Position numbers and translations under genes: made by a program. A DNA stretch of 63,472 nt, counting the filler, from Rhabdomonas costata (Eukaryota), in NCBI GenBank assembly GCA_019059605.1. It is 39 parts of 39 records of this genome, joined end to end, with 100 filler letters (N's around TTAATTAATTAA, not from the genome) between each part and the next. Parts side by side here need not be neighbours in the genome. Positions count along the whole stretch, not along the records: positions 1 to 1,532 come from JAHMHO010013667.1; positions 1,633 to 3,164 come from JAHMHO010013668.1; positions 3,265 to 4,795 come from JAHMHO010013669.1; positions 4,896 to 6,425 come from JAHMHO010013670.1; positions 6,526 to 8,054 come from JAHMHO010013671.1; positions 8,155 to 9,685 come from JAHMHO010013672.1; positions 9,786 to 11,316 come from JAHMHO010013673.1; positions 11,417 to 12,947 come from JAHMHO010013674.1; 31 more parts are not named here. One strand, 5' to 3'. The notes under the pieces were generated by a model. The model ran no database searches and was not told where the DNA came from. It saw only the letters and a list, made by a program, of their open reading frames with translations. This document shows positions 1 through 12,238 of this stretch, piece by piece. Each line of letters starts with the position of its first letter. Within the stretch, counting starts at the first letter, position 1.

Positions 1-72
1 GTTGTTTTTTCACAAAGCTCTTTTGATCTGCATGCACAGCGCTACAGCAAAGAGAAGGACCCGTATTTCCAG

Positions 73-1511
73 TCCTGCCTGCGGGTGCTGGTTAGTGTGC
101 TCTCGGCGGTGACAACCGCCGCCCTAGCCACACTGGCGTTGGACCTGGAGAGGATCACAGAGAGTCAGGCCAGGTCATGCCTGCGTCAGGGCTGCTGTTG
201 TGCATCTCAGAAGGGGCTCCGGCGACACTTTGGAAGGAGGTCCCAAAGGCTGACAATGTACATGGCAGGTCTAATGGTGGATAGCGTCAGAAATTGCATA
301 ATGTCTCCGAGTAAAGGAGCCGCAGTGGCGAACGCGTGGCGAATGTGATAGAACGAAGAGTTCTATTTGTGCGAAATGTTGCGTGTTGAACGTTGCGGGT
401 TTCCATTTTGCATTGCTTGGAGTTATGGGCTGTATTCCTTTGGGCTCCAAGTGTAAAGAGAATGTGAGTACGTCTGCAGAAAATGTGAGGGCACATTTGC
501 AGAGAACGGGCGTTATGGTGACACCTATCGCATGGTGGGTTAGGCTGTGTGTTTGATGCATCGGCTCACGTTTGCTTTGGTGAGGTCCGCTCTTGCTTTT
601 TGACGTGAGTGTTGCTTTGTACCTCAGCTCGGCTAGGTCGCCGCAGCGGCACTCCTCTCATTCGCGCGGTGGCCCCGAGCCCAACGGGAGGCTCGTGGAG
701 GTGCCTCCACAGAGCTTGGAGAACTTCTCCATTGCCGTGCATGTGCTTACCACGCCCAGCCTGAGGGCAGGGGTGGCTTCCCCAGCCGTTTTTGAGTGGC
801 TGGCCAGGTGTATGCCTCCCTGATGTGAAAAAACTTACGAAAAGCAGCAAAAGTCGCAGAACAACTTTAGAAGGCCCGTGGAAACACTGAGGAGAGATAA
901 GGTACCATACAGAGCACTTTCAAATATCTGGCTTGAGTTATTACCACTACTAATCACTACTAATCACTACTAATCACCGGTGGATTATACCGTAGTAGTC
1001 ATATTATAGTCATATTTCGGTTGTCGAGCTGTCGAAGTTGTGTTTTGCTGTTATTTTCGTTTTTGTGAATTGGAACATTCGTCTTGCCTTTTCGCTGTAA
1101 CCCCGAAACCGTGGACCTTTTCGGACATAACTGCCTTCTGAGCCAACAAAGACAACCATGCGAGCCAACATCGAGTTGGCCCATCCTTTGCCTTTACCAA
1201 CAGGCAACTACCTGTGGTCGCAACCCACCAAGGTGGGGTTTCTTTTGCATGCCTTCGGCTGTTGTGTGTGTGTGTGCGAGAGCTTTCTTTTCGGTTGCGC
1301 GAGAAAAGCCTTCTGCACAAAAACGGGCCCTGCAGGTGCCTGTGCGCTGTTGAGCGGGTTGAGGAGTCTGAGGTGCTGAGCGAGGTGCGCCTGAACCTGT
1401 TTGCCGTCGTGGAGGCCACTGCTGCCGACGGGGCAGTGCTGAAGACCCACCACATGGCAATAATTGGCCGTCTGCTGCCCGCCCTGGCCTCCCTGCTACG
1501 CAGCGCCAGTG
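73..1511 (+). CDS. ULK4/RUNKEL-like pseudokinase, C-terminal ARM/HEAT region (3 exons: 73-173, 628-807, 1336-1511; partial)
   Basis: Phase-consistent GT-AG splicing gives SCLRVLVSVLSAV...FSIAVHVLTTPSLRAGVASPAVFEWLARCLCAVERVEESEVLSEVRLNLFAVVEATAADGAVLKTHHMAIIGRLLPALASLLRSAS. This resembles the recalled ULK4/RUK segment (VVLHLVTS..FRPQV ... FEAI..P.LL ... ILPPLVSL). Confidence 0.6.
945..977 (+). repeat. Intronic 10-bp tandem repeat (CACTACTAAT) x3
   Basis: Directly visible: cactactaat cactactaat cactactaat cac. Confidence 0.9.
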
Positions 1512-1532
1512 GTTTGGGATAGCACCAACAAA

Positions 1533-1632
1533 NNNNNNNNNNNNNNNNNNNNNNNNNNNNNNNNNNNNNNNNNNNNTTAATTAATTAANNNNNNNNNNNN
1601 NNNNNNNNNNNNNNNNNNNNNNNNNNNNNNNN
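1533..1632. other. Artificial contig linker (first of 38 identical 100-bp spacers)
   Basis: 44 N + TTAATTAATTAA + 44 N recurs every ~1,630 bp. 63472 - 3800 = 59672 bp, which over 39 contigs is ~1530 bp each, so this is a size-sorted concatenation. Confidence 0.99.
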
Positions 1633-1829
1633 GGTGTGTGTCCCTGTGTTGCCTTGCATTGAATCACAGTGGGTGGAGGGTAAGTGGAAGACCAGAAGCT
1701 TCCGTCCATTAGCATGGAATGCTTCGCGTAGGCCGCGGAGCATTCCATGCTAATGGACGGAAGCTTCTGGTCTTCCACTTACCCTCCACCCACTGTGATT
1801 CAATGCAAGGCAACACAGGGACACATACC
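1633..1829. repeat. Near-perfect inverted repeat, 96-bp arms with 5-nt loop
   Basis: 1633-1728 is the reverse complement of 1734-1829 except for two G-T mismatches. The loop is TAGGC. Confidence 0.97.
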
Positions 1830-2262
1830 CACGAGCATCAAAACAGACCTGAGCGCGAATTTGTATTTTGAATTTTTTTGAATTGCGGAGTGTTAATTGG
1901 GTTTGGTTTTTGATTGCTGACTTCGGGGAGAGTGGGGCTGCGCTGGAGTTTCAGGTTTAGGTAACCGTTCGGTAAGGGCGATCAGCGTGGCGCGATTGGG
2001 TGCACTTCGGCTTCAGCATCGCGCGTGTGTCTGCTCCTCGCACTGCGTTGTCCTGGGTTGTCACTCACTTCTTTTCTGCGTCACTCAACCTCTTTTCTGC
2101 GGTATTCATTCTTGACATTCGGATCCGAACGGCGTTTCCGTATTTTTCAAGAATCTGAATTTGAATTCTGAATTTGTGAGAATCCCTGGTTTGTGATGGT
2201 CTGGCCATCATACCTCCCCCCCATCGAATGGTCCTCCGATGTCTAACGCTTTCTCTGCGCAG

Positions 2263-2378
2263 CGACAGCTACCGCATTGGCGGGCTGACTCTGTGCCAGG
2301 CCGTCACAAAGTGGTACAAGGCCCCTGTGGACGCCCCCCCGCTGCGGCTGGAGGATTCCTGCGAGCATCCTTGTGATG
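2263..2378 (+). CDS. Exon resembling the C-terminus of pectin acetylesterase/Notum-family esterases
   Basis: AG...GT-bounded exon DSYRIGGLTLCQAVTKWYKAPVDAPPLRLEDSCEHPCD resembles the recalled family motif I...TIA.AVGDWY ... DCPYPCN. Confidence 0.4.
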
Positions 2379-5300
2379 GTCAGTGAGTAATGTGAGTGAG
2401 AGGGACGTTGAGCTGCTTGCCTCGCCTTTTTTCAATGCACACACCGAATGTTAGGAAGCCCTTCTTGGTGTCACTCCCATAGTGGATCGAGAACAGCGCA
2501 CCCATGGCTTTTGTGGGTATGTGTGTTAACAGGGGGCCGCCCTGGTCCGTGCCACGCCTCCCCGGGAGGGTCTTCATAAGAACCGTCCAGACGGAAGTGT
2601 CTCGTTCCCACGGTGCCTCGTCATCGTCAATTCACGCCCAGCTGCAGGCGGGAAGGAGGACGGGGTCTTGCTGGCGGACGGGGGAGTTGTTCATTCGAAT
2701 GGCAGCGAACTGGTCGCAGAAGCAGAGCTGCCTCGCCTGGGACCTGCGTGCTGACTGTCGCGAGGGTTGGCGCAGCTTCTCTACAGCTTGAGCTTTGGCA
2801 CAGACCATACTCCTGTGGTGCTTTGGGGCCATTGCCCTACACCCTTACCCTATCTACGGTTGGTTTGCCTCAAGGCGAAGGTTGTGCCCAATGCTTGTGC
2901 AGCACATTGTTGCAAGCAGGGAAACGCGTGCTTGAAACAATGTTTGGGTTTTGTGCCTCGTTTTTCTTCGTTCCGAATCCAAGCTCACAGAAGCGTCTCT
3001 AACAAATACCTTTAGCAATGGTGGGTTGCCTGCCTTAGACTTGAACAAAAACAGACTTCGATCCTCCTCCAAAGGCATAGCCTAATGACAGGCTGGAATG
3101 TGTGTTGCAGGGAGAGACAAGGTTTTTTGATTGGGCTTCTGACTGCGATTGCCCAGAGCCACTGNNNNNNNNNNNNNNNNNNNNNNNNNNNNNNNNNNNN
3201 NNNNNNNNTTAATTAATTAANNNNNNNNNNNNNNNNNNNNNNNNNNNNNNNNNNNNNNNNNNNNGGTGTTTTTTGGCTGGCCTTGTGGCCGCTACAATTA
3301 ATTTATCTCCAACTGTGAATACGACTTCTTCTATTTTTCAATACGTAATGCTACATTATTTATCGTGTGTTTCCAAAACATTTGGCTGAAAAGATTGGGT
3401 GATGACATATGCATCTAACAGCTCTAATATCCACGTGTTATAAATTTTTTAGAAATTGGATCAATTTGTATAACAATTCATTGTGGCGTGAAACCTCTGG
3501 AAAAGCACACCACAACACAAATACACAACCTTTACCACCAATATTGGTCTGGCCCAGACATTTGAGCGCTTACACACCGGAGCAGCAGAAGCAATAGGTG
3601 AACCACAGCGGATGAACACAAAGCATACCCAGACGCTATTAACTACACGCTCGGTCACCACATGATGGAGTGTTCAGGAGGGACTCCCACCGCTACGTAC
3701 CATCAGGGTATGATCAATCAGTGTACACTATGCTTGCTGATGTCACATCCTCCAGAGGTTCCTCACATTTCCAATTAGAAGCACAACTTCAGCTGTTAAA
3801 TGAGATTGTTTGTTGCTGAAAACCAAGGTAACGTTAGTTCTAACCATTCAAGTTCATACACATTTTTCAGGAGTAAACTACTAATTCTGTTTTTTTGAGC
3901 TAACCGTCATGGTTCCGTTTATCTGGGTGGCCATTGTCACAACTGAGTCGTACCAGGGCTCGTGACATTGGGTTAAAGTTGCAGCCGCTGGCTTAGGTCT
4001 TCGTGGACAATGTTTGACGTCAAGAAAAATTCAAATGAACAAGGGCCGTTTATTGGTACAGTTTGCCTCCGCGGCTATTCACACTACGGCGTAAGAAAGA
4101 AGAGACGGACAACGAAGACCAATATGACCGAAGCCTAAAAAACACCCAGAAGCAGCACAATGATGCAGAAGAAGAAGAAGAAGAAGCAGACGTTACTATC
4201 AACCAAGGTTGGAAGATTGGATTTCGCGCCGTTGTTTTCGGACCTGTGGACGTTTGTCGTGGAACACCATTCTGTTGTGTGTGTGTACCTTTTACTTCCT
4301 TTCCTGATCACGACGTAGAAAAGGGATGGAGTGGAAATTTTGTATTCGTTCTTCTGCATTTTAGTTAGTTATGGTTTGTATATGTAGGCTTAAAATATCA
4401 TTTATATAACTTAAATGTTAGTGCATTCTTTTTATCGGTCAACCCATTCACTAAATCCTCTAATGCGGCGTTTCGTAGTTTGCCTGAGGCTTCAGAAAAG
4501 GAGTGTTTTTTGTAGAAGGCCATCCGAACAGCATGTAGTACACTTCAGCCGCTCTCCTCCGGATAGAACACCAGCCCGGGCACACAGGGCACCGTTTGTA
4601 CCGATTGTATCGTCCATTAGAGAGGCAAGTGCCACAGCAGTCGTATTGGAAGAGGAGGCCATCGCGCACGAAAAATCCAACAACAAGCGCGCAACAGATG
4701 AAATGTGAACAGCAGCAGTGGAAGCATGGAGAAGCCAGAGGCACACACACACACACAAGCACACCCGCACACACCCCCCCAAACATACCAACACANNNNN
4801 NNNNNNNNNNNNNNNNNNNNNNNNNNNNNNNNNNNNNNNTTAATTAATTAANNNNNNNNNNNNNNNNNNNNNNNNNNNNNNNNNNNNNNNNNNNNCAGCA
4901 ACCAAAAGACACAGAAGCAACGCACACCACTACCCCATGCTACGGCACCAGATCCACAAACCACGACATGTCCACACACTCGACATCACAGCCACAGTCC
5001 CAACACAGCGCCAAGTCACCCACACCAACCGTACAGAACCCGAACGCCGATACCAGAACAAGCCAGACCAACCAGACCACTCCAATCACATCTCAAGAAC
5101 CCAAGAACCGAAGAAGCCAACAAGACAACACGCAGCAAAACCAAAAGCAACCACACCCCACGAGCTAACAGCCCCAAGAGTGACACATCACACAAGTTTG
5201 TCCGACCCTGGACAAGAACAGTCATATTCAGGAGTATTGTGCTATATTTTCGTATTCTGTTTCAGAATAAATATGACACTTGCCAACGTTTTTCGAAGCC

Positions 5301-6525
5301 AGCCGGCTCACAACAACAAAACCTTATATGGACAGCCTGACCCTGAATTTTCTTGGCAAAGATCTGCTGTCCACTGGCGATTGCTTCTCCTGTACACTGC
5401 TGTCACCTGACGGATAGCGTATTGCTTCATCACCTGGAGACCGGATTCGTTTTCCTATTTCCCGACGGGACCTCTCCTCCTTTGCCGTCCTTAAAGTGTT
5501 ACTTCAATCTCAAACGCATCTCCTAACGTGTACCTGGCTTCCAGCCATACCACCCGTCGTTGCCCTCAAAACGTAAACAGTGCTTCAAAAGAGAAGAGGT
5601 GTGTACCTGCGGACGGCCTTCTGCGCGAGGCGCTGTGGTCCCCTCGGCCCCGGGCTGTGTACTGCACGTTGGGATCCTTCGAGACCACATTGGCGGTACG
5701 AGCCGAGCGCTGCGTGCCGGCCTCCGCGGGTAAAGTGTAGCCGTAGATCCCCCACCCCAGGTGCACCTTCTTCCTTTCCAGCACCCCGCGCTCTCTATGA
5801 GCCCGACACCCCCAAAATTGCAAAACGTATTCATCACCTATACATACAAAGACTGATGTAAAATCTCCCCTAAAATATGAATGCCTATTATTTCTGCGCA
5901 ACGGCGGAAGTTCAGCTGTGGAATAAGGTTAGCATGTTTTGAGTTACGCATCGATCATCATAGGTTCGGTGACGAACCACGGCCGGGCACATTGACGAGC
6001 GCATAGGTTTTGTGCCTTCTAAGGCCGACCCAGCCCTCGCAGCTCAGCTCGCTTCTTGCGAGATCCACGACCGTATAACCGCCGCTTCTGTAACTAATGA
6101 GGACGGTATATCGGTATACAATAGACCGGGCCCTACATATGTACAACGGAAATCAATGTATTGAGGATTCACCAGCTCACACCCGACCATAATTTTGGTA
6201 TGGATAACCTTAGCTTGCCACAACGTGAGTTGAGTAAAAAGGTAAGCACTGGTACAACTCGAATCCATATCATGGTCCACCAAGCTAGTCTCGCTCAGGC
6301 ATGATGGTATGATGGTGAAGGCAACTCTGGTCCCACACCAACCAGGACTTCCCCTGTGAAACATGGCGGCCAGCAGGTGCTGGTTGGGGACATAAGTTGG
6401 CTGGAGATGACGCAGTCTCGCGCAGNNNNNNNNNNNNNNNNNNNNNNNNNNNNNNNNNNNNNNNNNNNNTTAATTAATTAANNNNNNNNNNNNNNNNNNN
6501 NNNNNNNNNNNNNNNNNNNNNNNNN

Positions 6526-7997
6526 CCGATCTGTCTTAGCTTAGGGGCAGCTTTTCTTTTCTTTCCACCATCGTTCTCCTTCATGTGTGGGTGTGGGTGT
6601 TTCTTTTCTGCCTTTACAACGCACAAACATACCCAAATGCGAACAAACAGACACAACTGTCCCAAAGTCAAAGAAGAAAACCTTTGCCGGGGCCCTCTTG
6701 GGAGACGGTGGTTGCGACGCAGCCGGTTGCTCCTGAGCAGTGCAAGAACAAAACACAAAAATGTGCAACGAGAGAGCGTTGAGTGCTGAACTTTCGAGCT
6801 CGAAACTCTCTCGCATCATGAAAACATACCGCAGAGGCGCCTTCACCCGGCTTCTTCTCTTGGGGCTGCTTCTTGACCTTGGGTACCTTCCCAAAAACCT
6901 GGATAAGAAGTGGTAGCGTGGGCACAAAACGGGTACAGAAAGTGGGTCGACATTATGAGAGAAAAAGGAAAACTATGGCACTGCGATGCTCCGTTTAGCA
7001 TTGCAAAGCGGTGCTAAACGTCCAAATCGGACAAATTTCGGGATGTTCTTTTTAGGGCACGGGGTTAGGTTAACTCTGTCCACTACATAGATTTTAATTT
7101 GAGGAGGGTTAGATGATCGCTTAGCAGTGCAAAACGTTTAACGCCCCCCCCCATGCAAAAGGCCCAAAATCTTTGAAGGCAACCCAATCGGAAATCAGAC
7201 CAGCACCCAGGCAAGAATCACAGCCTCGCTAACCTGGTGGAACTGCTCCAGCTCAGCCTCGTACGCCTTTTCATAACGCTGAGATTGCGAACAATAGGAA
7301 ATCCCTCGAATAAAAACCCTGCCCACGGACTCTAATGGGAGGTAAGAGATGTTCAACACGGAAGCCCAGATTGCACAGCATCCACTAACAATACAACGTC
7401 CTTTCGGGGAAAGCGCAGTCAGATCATCACACCCACTGCGTCTCACCACACCTTTCATCAGCAACCGGAACCGCGGCCAAATACAGGTCACTGCTGCTTG
7501 CACGATAAATGGCCCGTCTCTTCCTGGGCTATTACGCCCAAGATCAAAGTACCGCACAAGGGTGCACTCACCGGACATACAGGTCTGGAAGATGGGGGTC
7601 CCCCGAAGTGCCCATTGCAGGACTGAGCTAAAGCGGCAAGCCTACACCACTAGCTAACCACATTTTCTCTCACGCCCACATCGATAAGCATACTGAAGAT
7701 TAAGGTTTCTAATTTCCTGATTTCCTTTCTAACGTGATGGACCAATGGATCCATGATATGGGTCGACTTGAAAGCGCAGAAACGAAACGAGAAAACCCCA
7801 GAACGGTGATGTGGGCAAAAGGCATGACAACGGTGGTACACCTGCTTCTCTTGCGGGCTGGCCTCTTTCCACATCGCGGCGAGAATCTTCGTCTGCTCCG
7901 TCACTGGCTTGCCAGGGTTTTCGCGCCTGACTTCATCCCGTTTCTCGCCGGAGAAACGGAAGAAGGGAGTCATGGGCCTCTTTGGCCCACCGGCCTC
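6526..7997 (-). CDS. HMG-box protein (exons 7997-7842, 7278-7234, 6898-6830, 6732-6682, 6578-6526; partial)
   Basis: PKRPMTPFFRFSGEKRDEVRRENPGKPVTEQTKILAAMWKEASPQEKQ|RYEKAYEAELEQFHQ is a complete HMG box, followed by a Lys/Pro-rich tail. All four introns are GT-AG and phase 0. Confidence 0.88.
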
Positions 7998-8154
7998 CTG
8001 CAGCAAAAGAAAGCGTGGCGAACTGTGCAAACCAAATAAAGAAACCCACCCACCNNNNNNNNNNNNNNNNNNNNNNNNNNNNNNNNNNNNNNNNNNNNTT
8101 AATTAATTAANNNNNNNNNNNNNNNNNNNNNNNNNNNNNNNNNNNNNNNNNNNN

Positions 8155-9205
8155 GGGTGCTATCCGTTGTGACTGGGGCACCCTCGGCAGACGGCCATAA
8201 CACTCCCGTCCCCGTGGTCCCGCAGTACCCTGGGCCTGTGTTCTCGCTGCTCAGCTCCGCCGACTTGGCCGCATCGGGCGTTGAGGCTCCCGGCGAAGAC
8301 AGTGAGGAGGAAGAGGATGGGGTGGCGGCGAGGTCCCTTTCCGCCCTCTCCTCTGTGTCTTGCCCTGCGGGCGATCCGTTGGTCCCGGCCGAACCTGCGG
8401 ACCACCCAATCTTTGAGTCGCGGCAGCCGTGGACCTTCTGGCTGGAGACTGCGGCGGAGCCATCCTCCGGAGAACTGTCAGCCCTGTCCCCTGAGCTGCG
8501 CCGTGCATGCCGCTGGCAGCTCCTCGTTGAGTGAGTAGTGCTGGTAGAAGGAAAAAAGAAGCTAGTCCAGCTCCTCCCTTTAGCTCTCCATTATTTCCAG
8601 CACCTAGCTCTGCACTTCAATGTTCGTCCTTGCTTTGTTTGCCCTGGGTCTGCCCCGTTGCTCAGCGCCGGTTTCTTCAACGTCGACTATTCTTGTACAA
8701 CTGAAGTCAGAATGCTTCTTCATGTAGAATCCCGGTGGGTTTCACGAGCTTGTCTTTCTTCTTCTGTCTTTCCGTCCGACTGCCGCCCCGCCAAAAACCT
8801 GTTCAACGTAAAACCTTCTATCCTATATACCGTTTAATACGTTAACAGACTACCTCAGGCATCTTCTGGAACTACCTGGAGGTTTGATGGGTCCGTCCGG
8901 TTGGGTGGATTCCAGCTCGCGCGGCATGCACGGCACTCCCCTCCCCAGCCCATGAAGAGTCTCAGGTCAGTAGTGCCCTGCTGCGGCTTCAAATGGTAAG
9001 CACATGGGAGCAGTTTGTGCAAGGCCTGCCGGAGCACGTGCAGCGGGCTCAACAGGTGCTCTCCGGGGGTGCCGCCCTGCACCTCTTCAAGCATACCGTG
9101 CAGCCCACCTTCACGGATGGGCAGAACAGCCGCGGCGGGCACTTCCGCCTGCGGGCCCGTGGGGAGGCCCTGACGCTGAAAGTCTGGCGCTATCTTGCTA
9201 TCATG
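8155..9205 (+). CDS. Divergent eIF4E-family protein (exons 8155-8502, 8949-9205; partial)
   Basis: HPIFESRQPWTFW ... VSTWEQFV ... LHLFKHTVQPTFTDGQNSRGGHF ... KVWRYL follows the eIF4E motif order HPL..WxxW / TVEDFW / LFKxGIxPMWED..NxxGGRW / W130. Confidence 0.8.
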
Positions 9206-10358
9206 GTGACCCTTTGCTGCCATCTCCACCGCCCCCATACTATCACACCAATCCCCACTGCGACCACTACACACACCACTACAACATGTCAGCGTTTCAG
9301 GGTTGCTGCGAGAAGGCCGTTGCCAAATCAAAGATTCCGAAAAGCGCGACGTCAACAGGTCGCGACAACCTGTGAGACAAATATAGAATGGGTTCGGTCT
9401 TGTGCACACAATCGTACCAAAGAATCAAAAATGTCCGCGAAAACCCCACACCACCCGCGGCAAGCTCCCAAAGTGGCACCTTGCCGCAGAGCAGCAAGTG
9501 AGCGTCGATGCCACCACTTCGAGGGGTACTACAATATACCGTGCACACTTCCACTATACACGCTCGTGTAGGGACCGAAGAACTCGCCGAGGAGTCAAGC
9601 AGCAACTCCCGCGACAACCGCAAGACAGCCCTGTGACAACCACACCAAAGCACCAAAGAAGCCTGCAACCTTGTCCCCCCCCACANNNNNNNNNNNNNNN
9701 NNNNNNNNNNNNNNNNNNNNNNNNNNNNNTTAATTAATTAANNNNNNNNNNNNNNNNNNNNNNNNNNNNNNNNNNNNNNNNNNNNTTCAAGGCAGTGGAG
9801 GCAGCCTTGGCTGCGTCCCAACGCCTCCCCAAAGGTGTACAGAAATCAGATATATTGTCAAATCCAATAGATATTAATATGTTACAAAAAATTTAAAATC
9901 ATTAAATGTAAGTTGAGTAAATTCACATGATTTAAAACCTGAAATATGTAAGAAAAATATTAAACACAAAAATAAAAATAAAAATGGTCAAGTTAGTGGC
10001 GGTGGGCTGTGGCCCGTCCGCTGCTACATGGTAGGGGGTCAGTTCTCGGGTGCTCTGCTCCGGGCTCCTCTCGGACGGACTCCTGAAGCCTGCAAGGGTG
10101 AAACGAGCGGCTAAGCCGCTAAGTAGGTAGGTGAGCAGGTCTTCCCTTCCTTCGTGCTTTGAAGCGCAATCTGATCTTGCTCTGCTAACTCCAATGGTGC
10201 CGCCGGAGGGACAAGCTACCGCTTTTATTGGGCCCCCGGCAGTGGATCCCTCCGAATTTCCAAAAAAAAATCAATCTTACTCCGAATCTTTTGACTGGAG
10301 TGTGGCACAGCGGGAGTGGGGAAAGTGGGTTGTGGCACTCCAATTTCACCACCCGCAC

Positions 10359-10527
10359 TTTCCGGAAGTAGCACTGCACACCTCCAGGCCGCCAGGTCTC
10401 TGGCTTCTTTTCTTCCTTCGGAGGAGGCTCAGGAGGGGGAGCTGTTGTGGGAGAGACGGCTCGCTTTTCCTCAACTGGCCACTGCACGGGCTTGGGGGCG
10501 GTTGAGGACAACGAGTGCTGCTGCTCA
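10359..10527 (-). CDS. Probable exon of a Pro/Glu/Lys-rich hypothetical protein
   Basis: Pyrimidine tract + CAG acceptor and GTGCGG donor. Peptide ...PPPEPPPKEEKKPETWRPGGVQCYFRK. No family recognised. Confidence 0.4.
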
Positions 10528-11597
10528 CTGCAAAAAAACAAACACAACGGCAAACAGCGGCAAACAAAGCCTACCACTAAACGTTCTGTCGAGGTATGAG
10601 GCTCATAAAACGCCCTGGATTTGACCCAATAGTCATTTAACGCGTTGCTGTATTGCAGGTAACGGGTAAAAAGGAACTGTATACGTAGAAATTTTAATTG
10701 GATTAATTTCGGGTCACGTGGTGATGGTTTTGCTTTCGGAATATTTCGGATCAACCACCCTCTTTCTCCAGCTCAAAGAACGGAAGAGAACCAAGGAGGT
10801 CATCTTCCAATGCTGTATTTGCGCACATGAAAGTTACGCTACGCTGAATTACACTGTGTCTTCATGAAAGCATAAAAAAGATGCAGCATGAAAGATACCG
10901 TTCGCCACGACGTCAGGCGTGCATCCTTATTGTGATGATTACCCATCCTTTTAACATGCGCTTGCACAACTCACAACAGTGAGATCAACTGCGGCTTCGG
11001 AGCCAGGGGCCAATTCGGAAGTCGCGCCGCAACCGGTTGCTCCTCTTCCGGACGAAAACCCGCCACCGAAGCAACCTCAGCAAAGGAGTCGCGTAACGCG
11101 TTATGAAGACCCCAGAGTGGCGACATGGCCGAACACCGAAAACGTCTAGTGGTTCCCCACAGTAGTTGCACGTGAGGATCCCGCTTTAACGCTTTAACGG
11201 GTAGCTGCGAGCTGTGTGCGGGCCCGGGGCAGGCTGGACTGTGAGAGTCGAGCAGCTCCACAAATGTAAAGTGGGTTCCCAGCAGGGCAAAGCTCAGCTG
11301 CCCTGGTCCCAACCCCNNNNNNNNNNNNNNNNNNNNNNNNNNNNNNNNNNNNNNNNNNNNTTAATTAATTAANNNNNNNNNNNNNNNNNNNNNNNNNNNN
11401 NNNNNNNNNNNNNNNNGTATTCACCCTAAAAAAAACGAAAGTTCATATGTCAGGCCATGGGGAGAAATAACGCACAATAAGAAATAACCTTAATCACAAA
11501 TTCAAACACATTCGCGTGCTAGAGACAGACTTAAGGAGGGATGCTGGGAGCATGCGATGAGCGAGGGAGCGAGAAAGGGGTGGGGTGGCTGCAGCAC

Positions 11598-12238
11598 CCC
11601 AAGAAGCTCCACGGCAGAAGCAGAGTTCCTGGGGAACTCCTGCAGGAGCTGCGCAACATCCATCGCCTCCGACAGCGACACGGTGGGCTCAAAAGTCGTG
11701 CTGCTGCAAGCGAACCTCCGGTGCCGTACCCTCTGCAGAGCTTCCAGCACGTCGCCCCTGGTAAGAGCAAGCGTCGCCATGGGATGACACGCCCTGCGCC
11801 CAAAACGTACACAAAAATCTACGCACGCGTACGTATGTATCGGTTGCATCACGGTGGCCCAACATTGCCCATCACACCATCCTTCCATCAATATCCTTGA
11901 AAAATTACGTGAACGCTCATTGTGACTTTCCCTAAACCAAAGATGCTACGCTATCTTGTCATAGAATGCTTGCCTTTGCGTAAGAGCTTAGCAGAGTTAT
12001 GATATGTGGCAACGTTTCGCTTCGAGAACAAGACCTTCAGGCAGGTGAGGGTATTTGCAATCCAATCACAACAGATAGTGGGAACATACAACAGAAGATC
12101 GGGCAGGTGCTCCACGGGAAGCTCCCCCTCAGGGGCCATCTCGCGGAAAGCTGCCTCCGCGGCCCCCAAATCCAAGGAAGCGGATGTGCACCTCATCCCA
12201 GAGAAGAGCGCGAAGCACACCGCTGCTCGGCAGCAGGA
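11598..12238 (-). CDS. Hypothetical protein with possible degenerate EF-hand-like segment (exons 12238-12090, 11793-11598)
   Basis: Phase-2 GT-AG junction joins AAFREMAPEGELPVEHLPDLLL to ACHPMATLALTRGDVLEALQRV...TVSLSEAMDVAQLL. Confidence 0.45.

Noticed and set aside
5380..6425. Possible DIRS/tyrosine-recombinase or snoRNA remnant (WVGLRRHKT peptide; a TGATGA box)
   Set aside because: Isolated short matches with no catalytic motif series and no paired D box.
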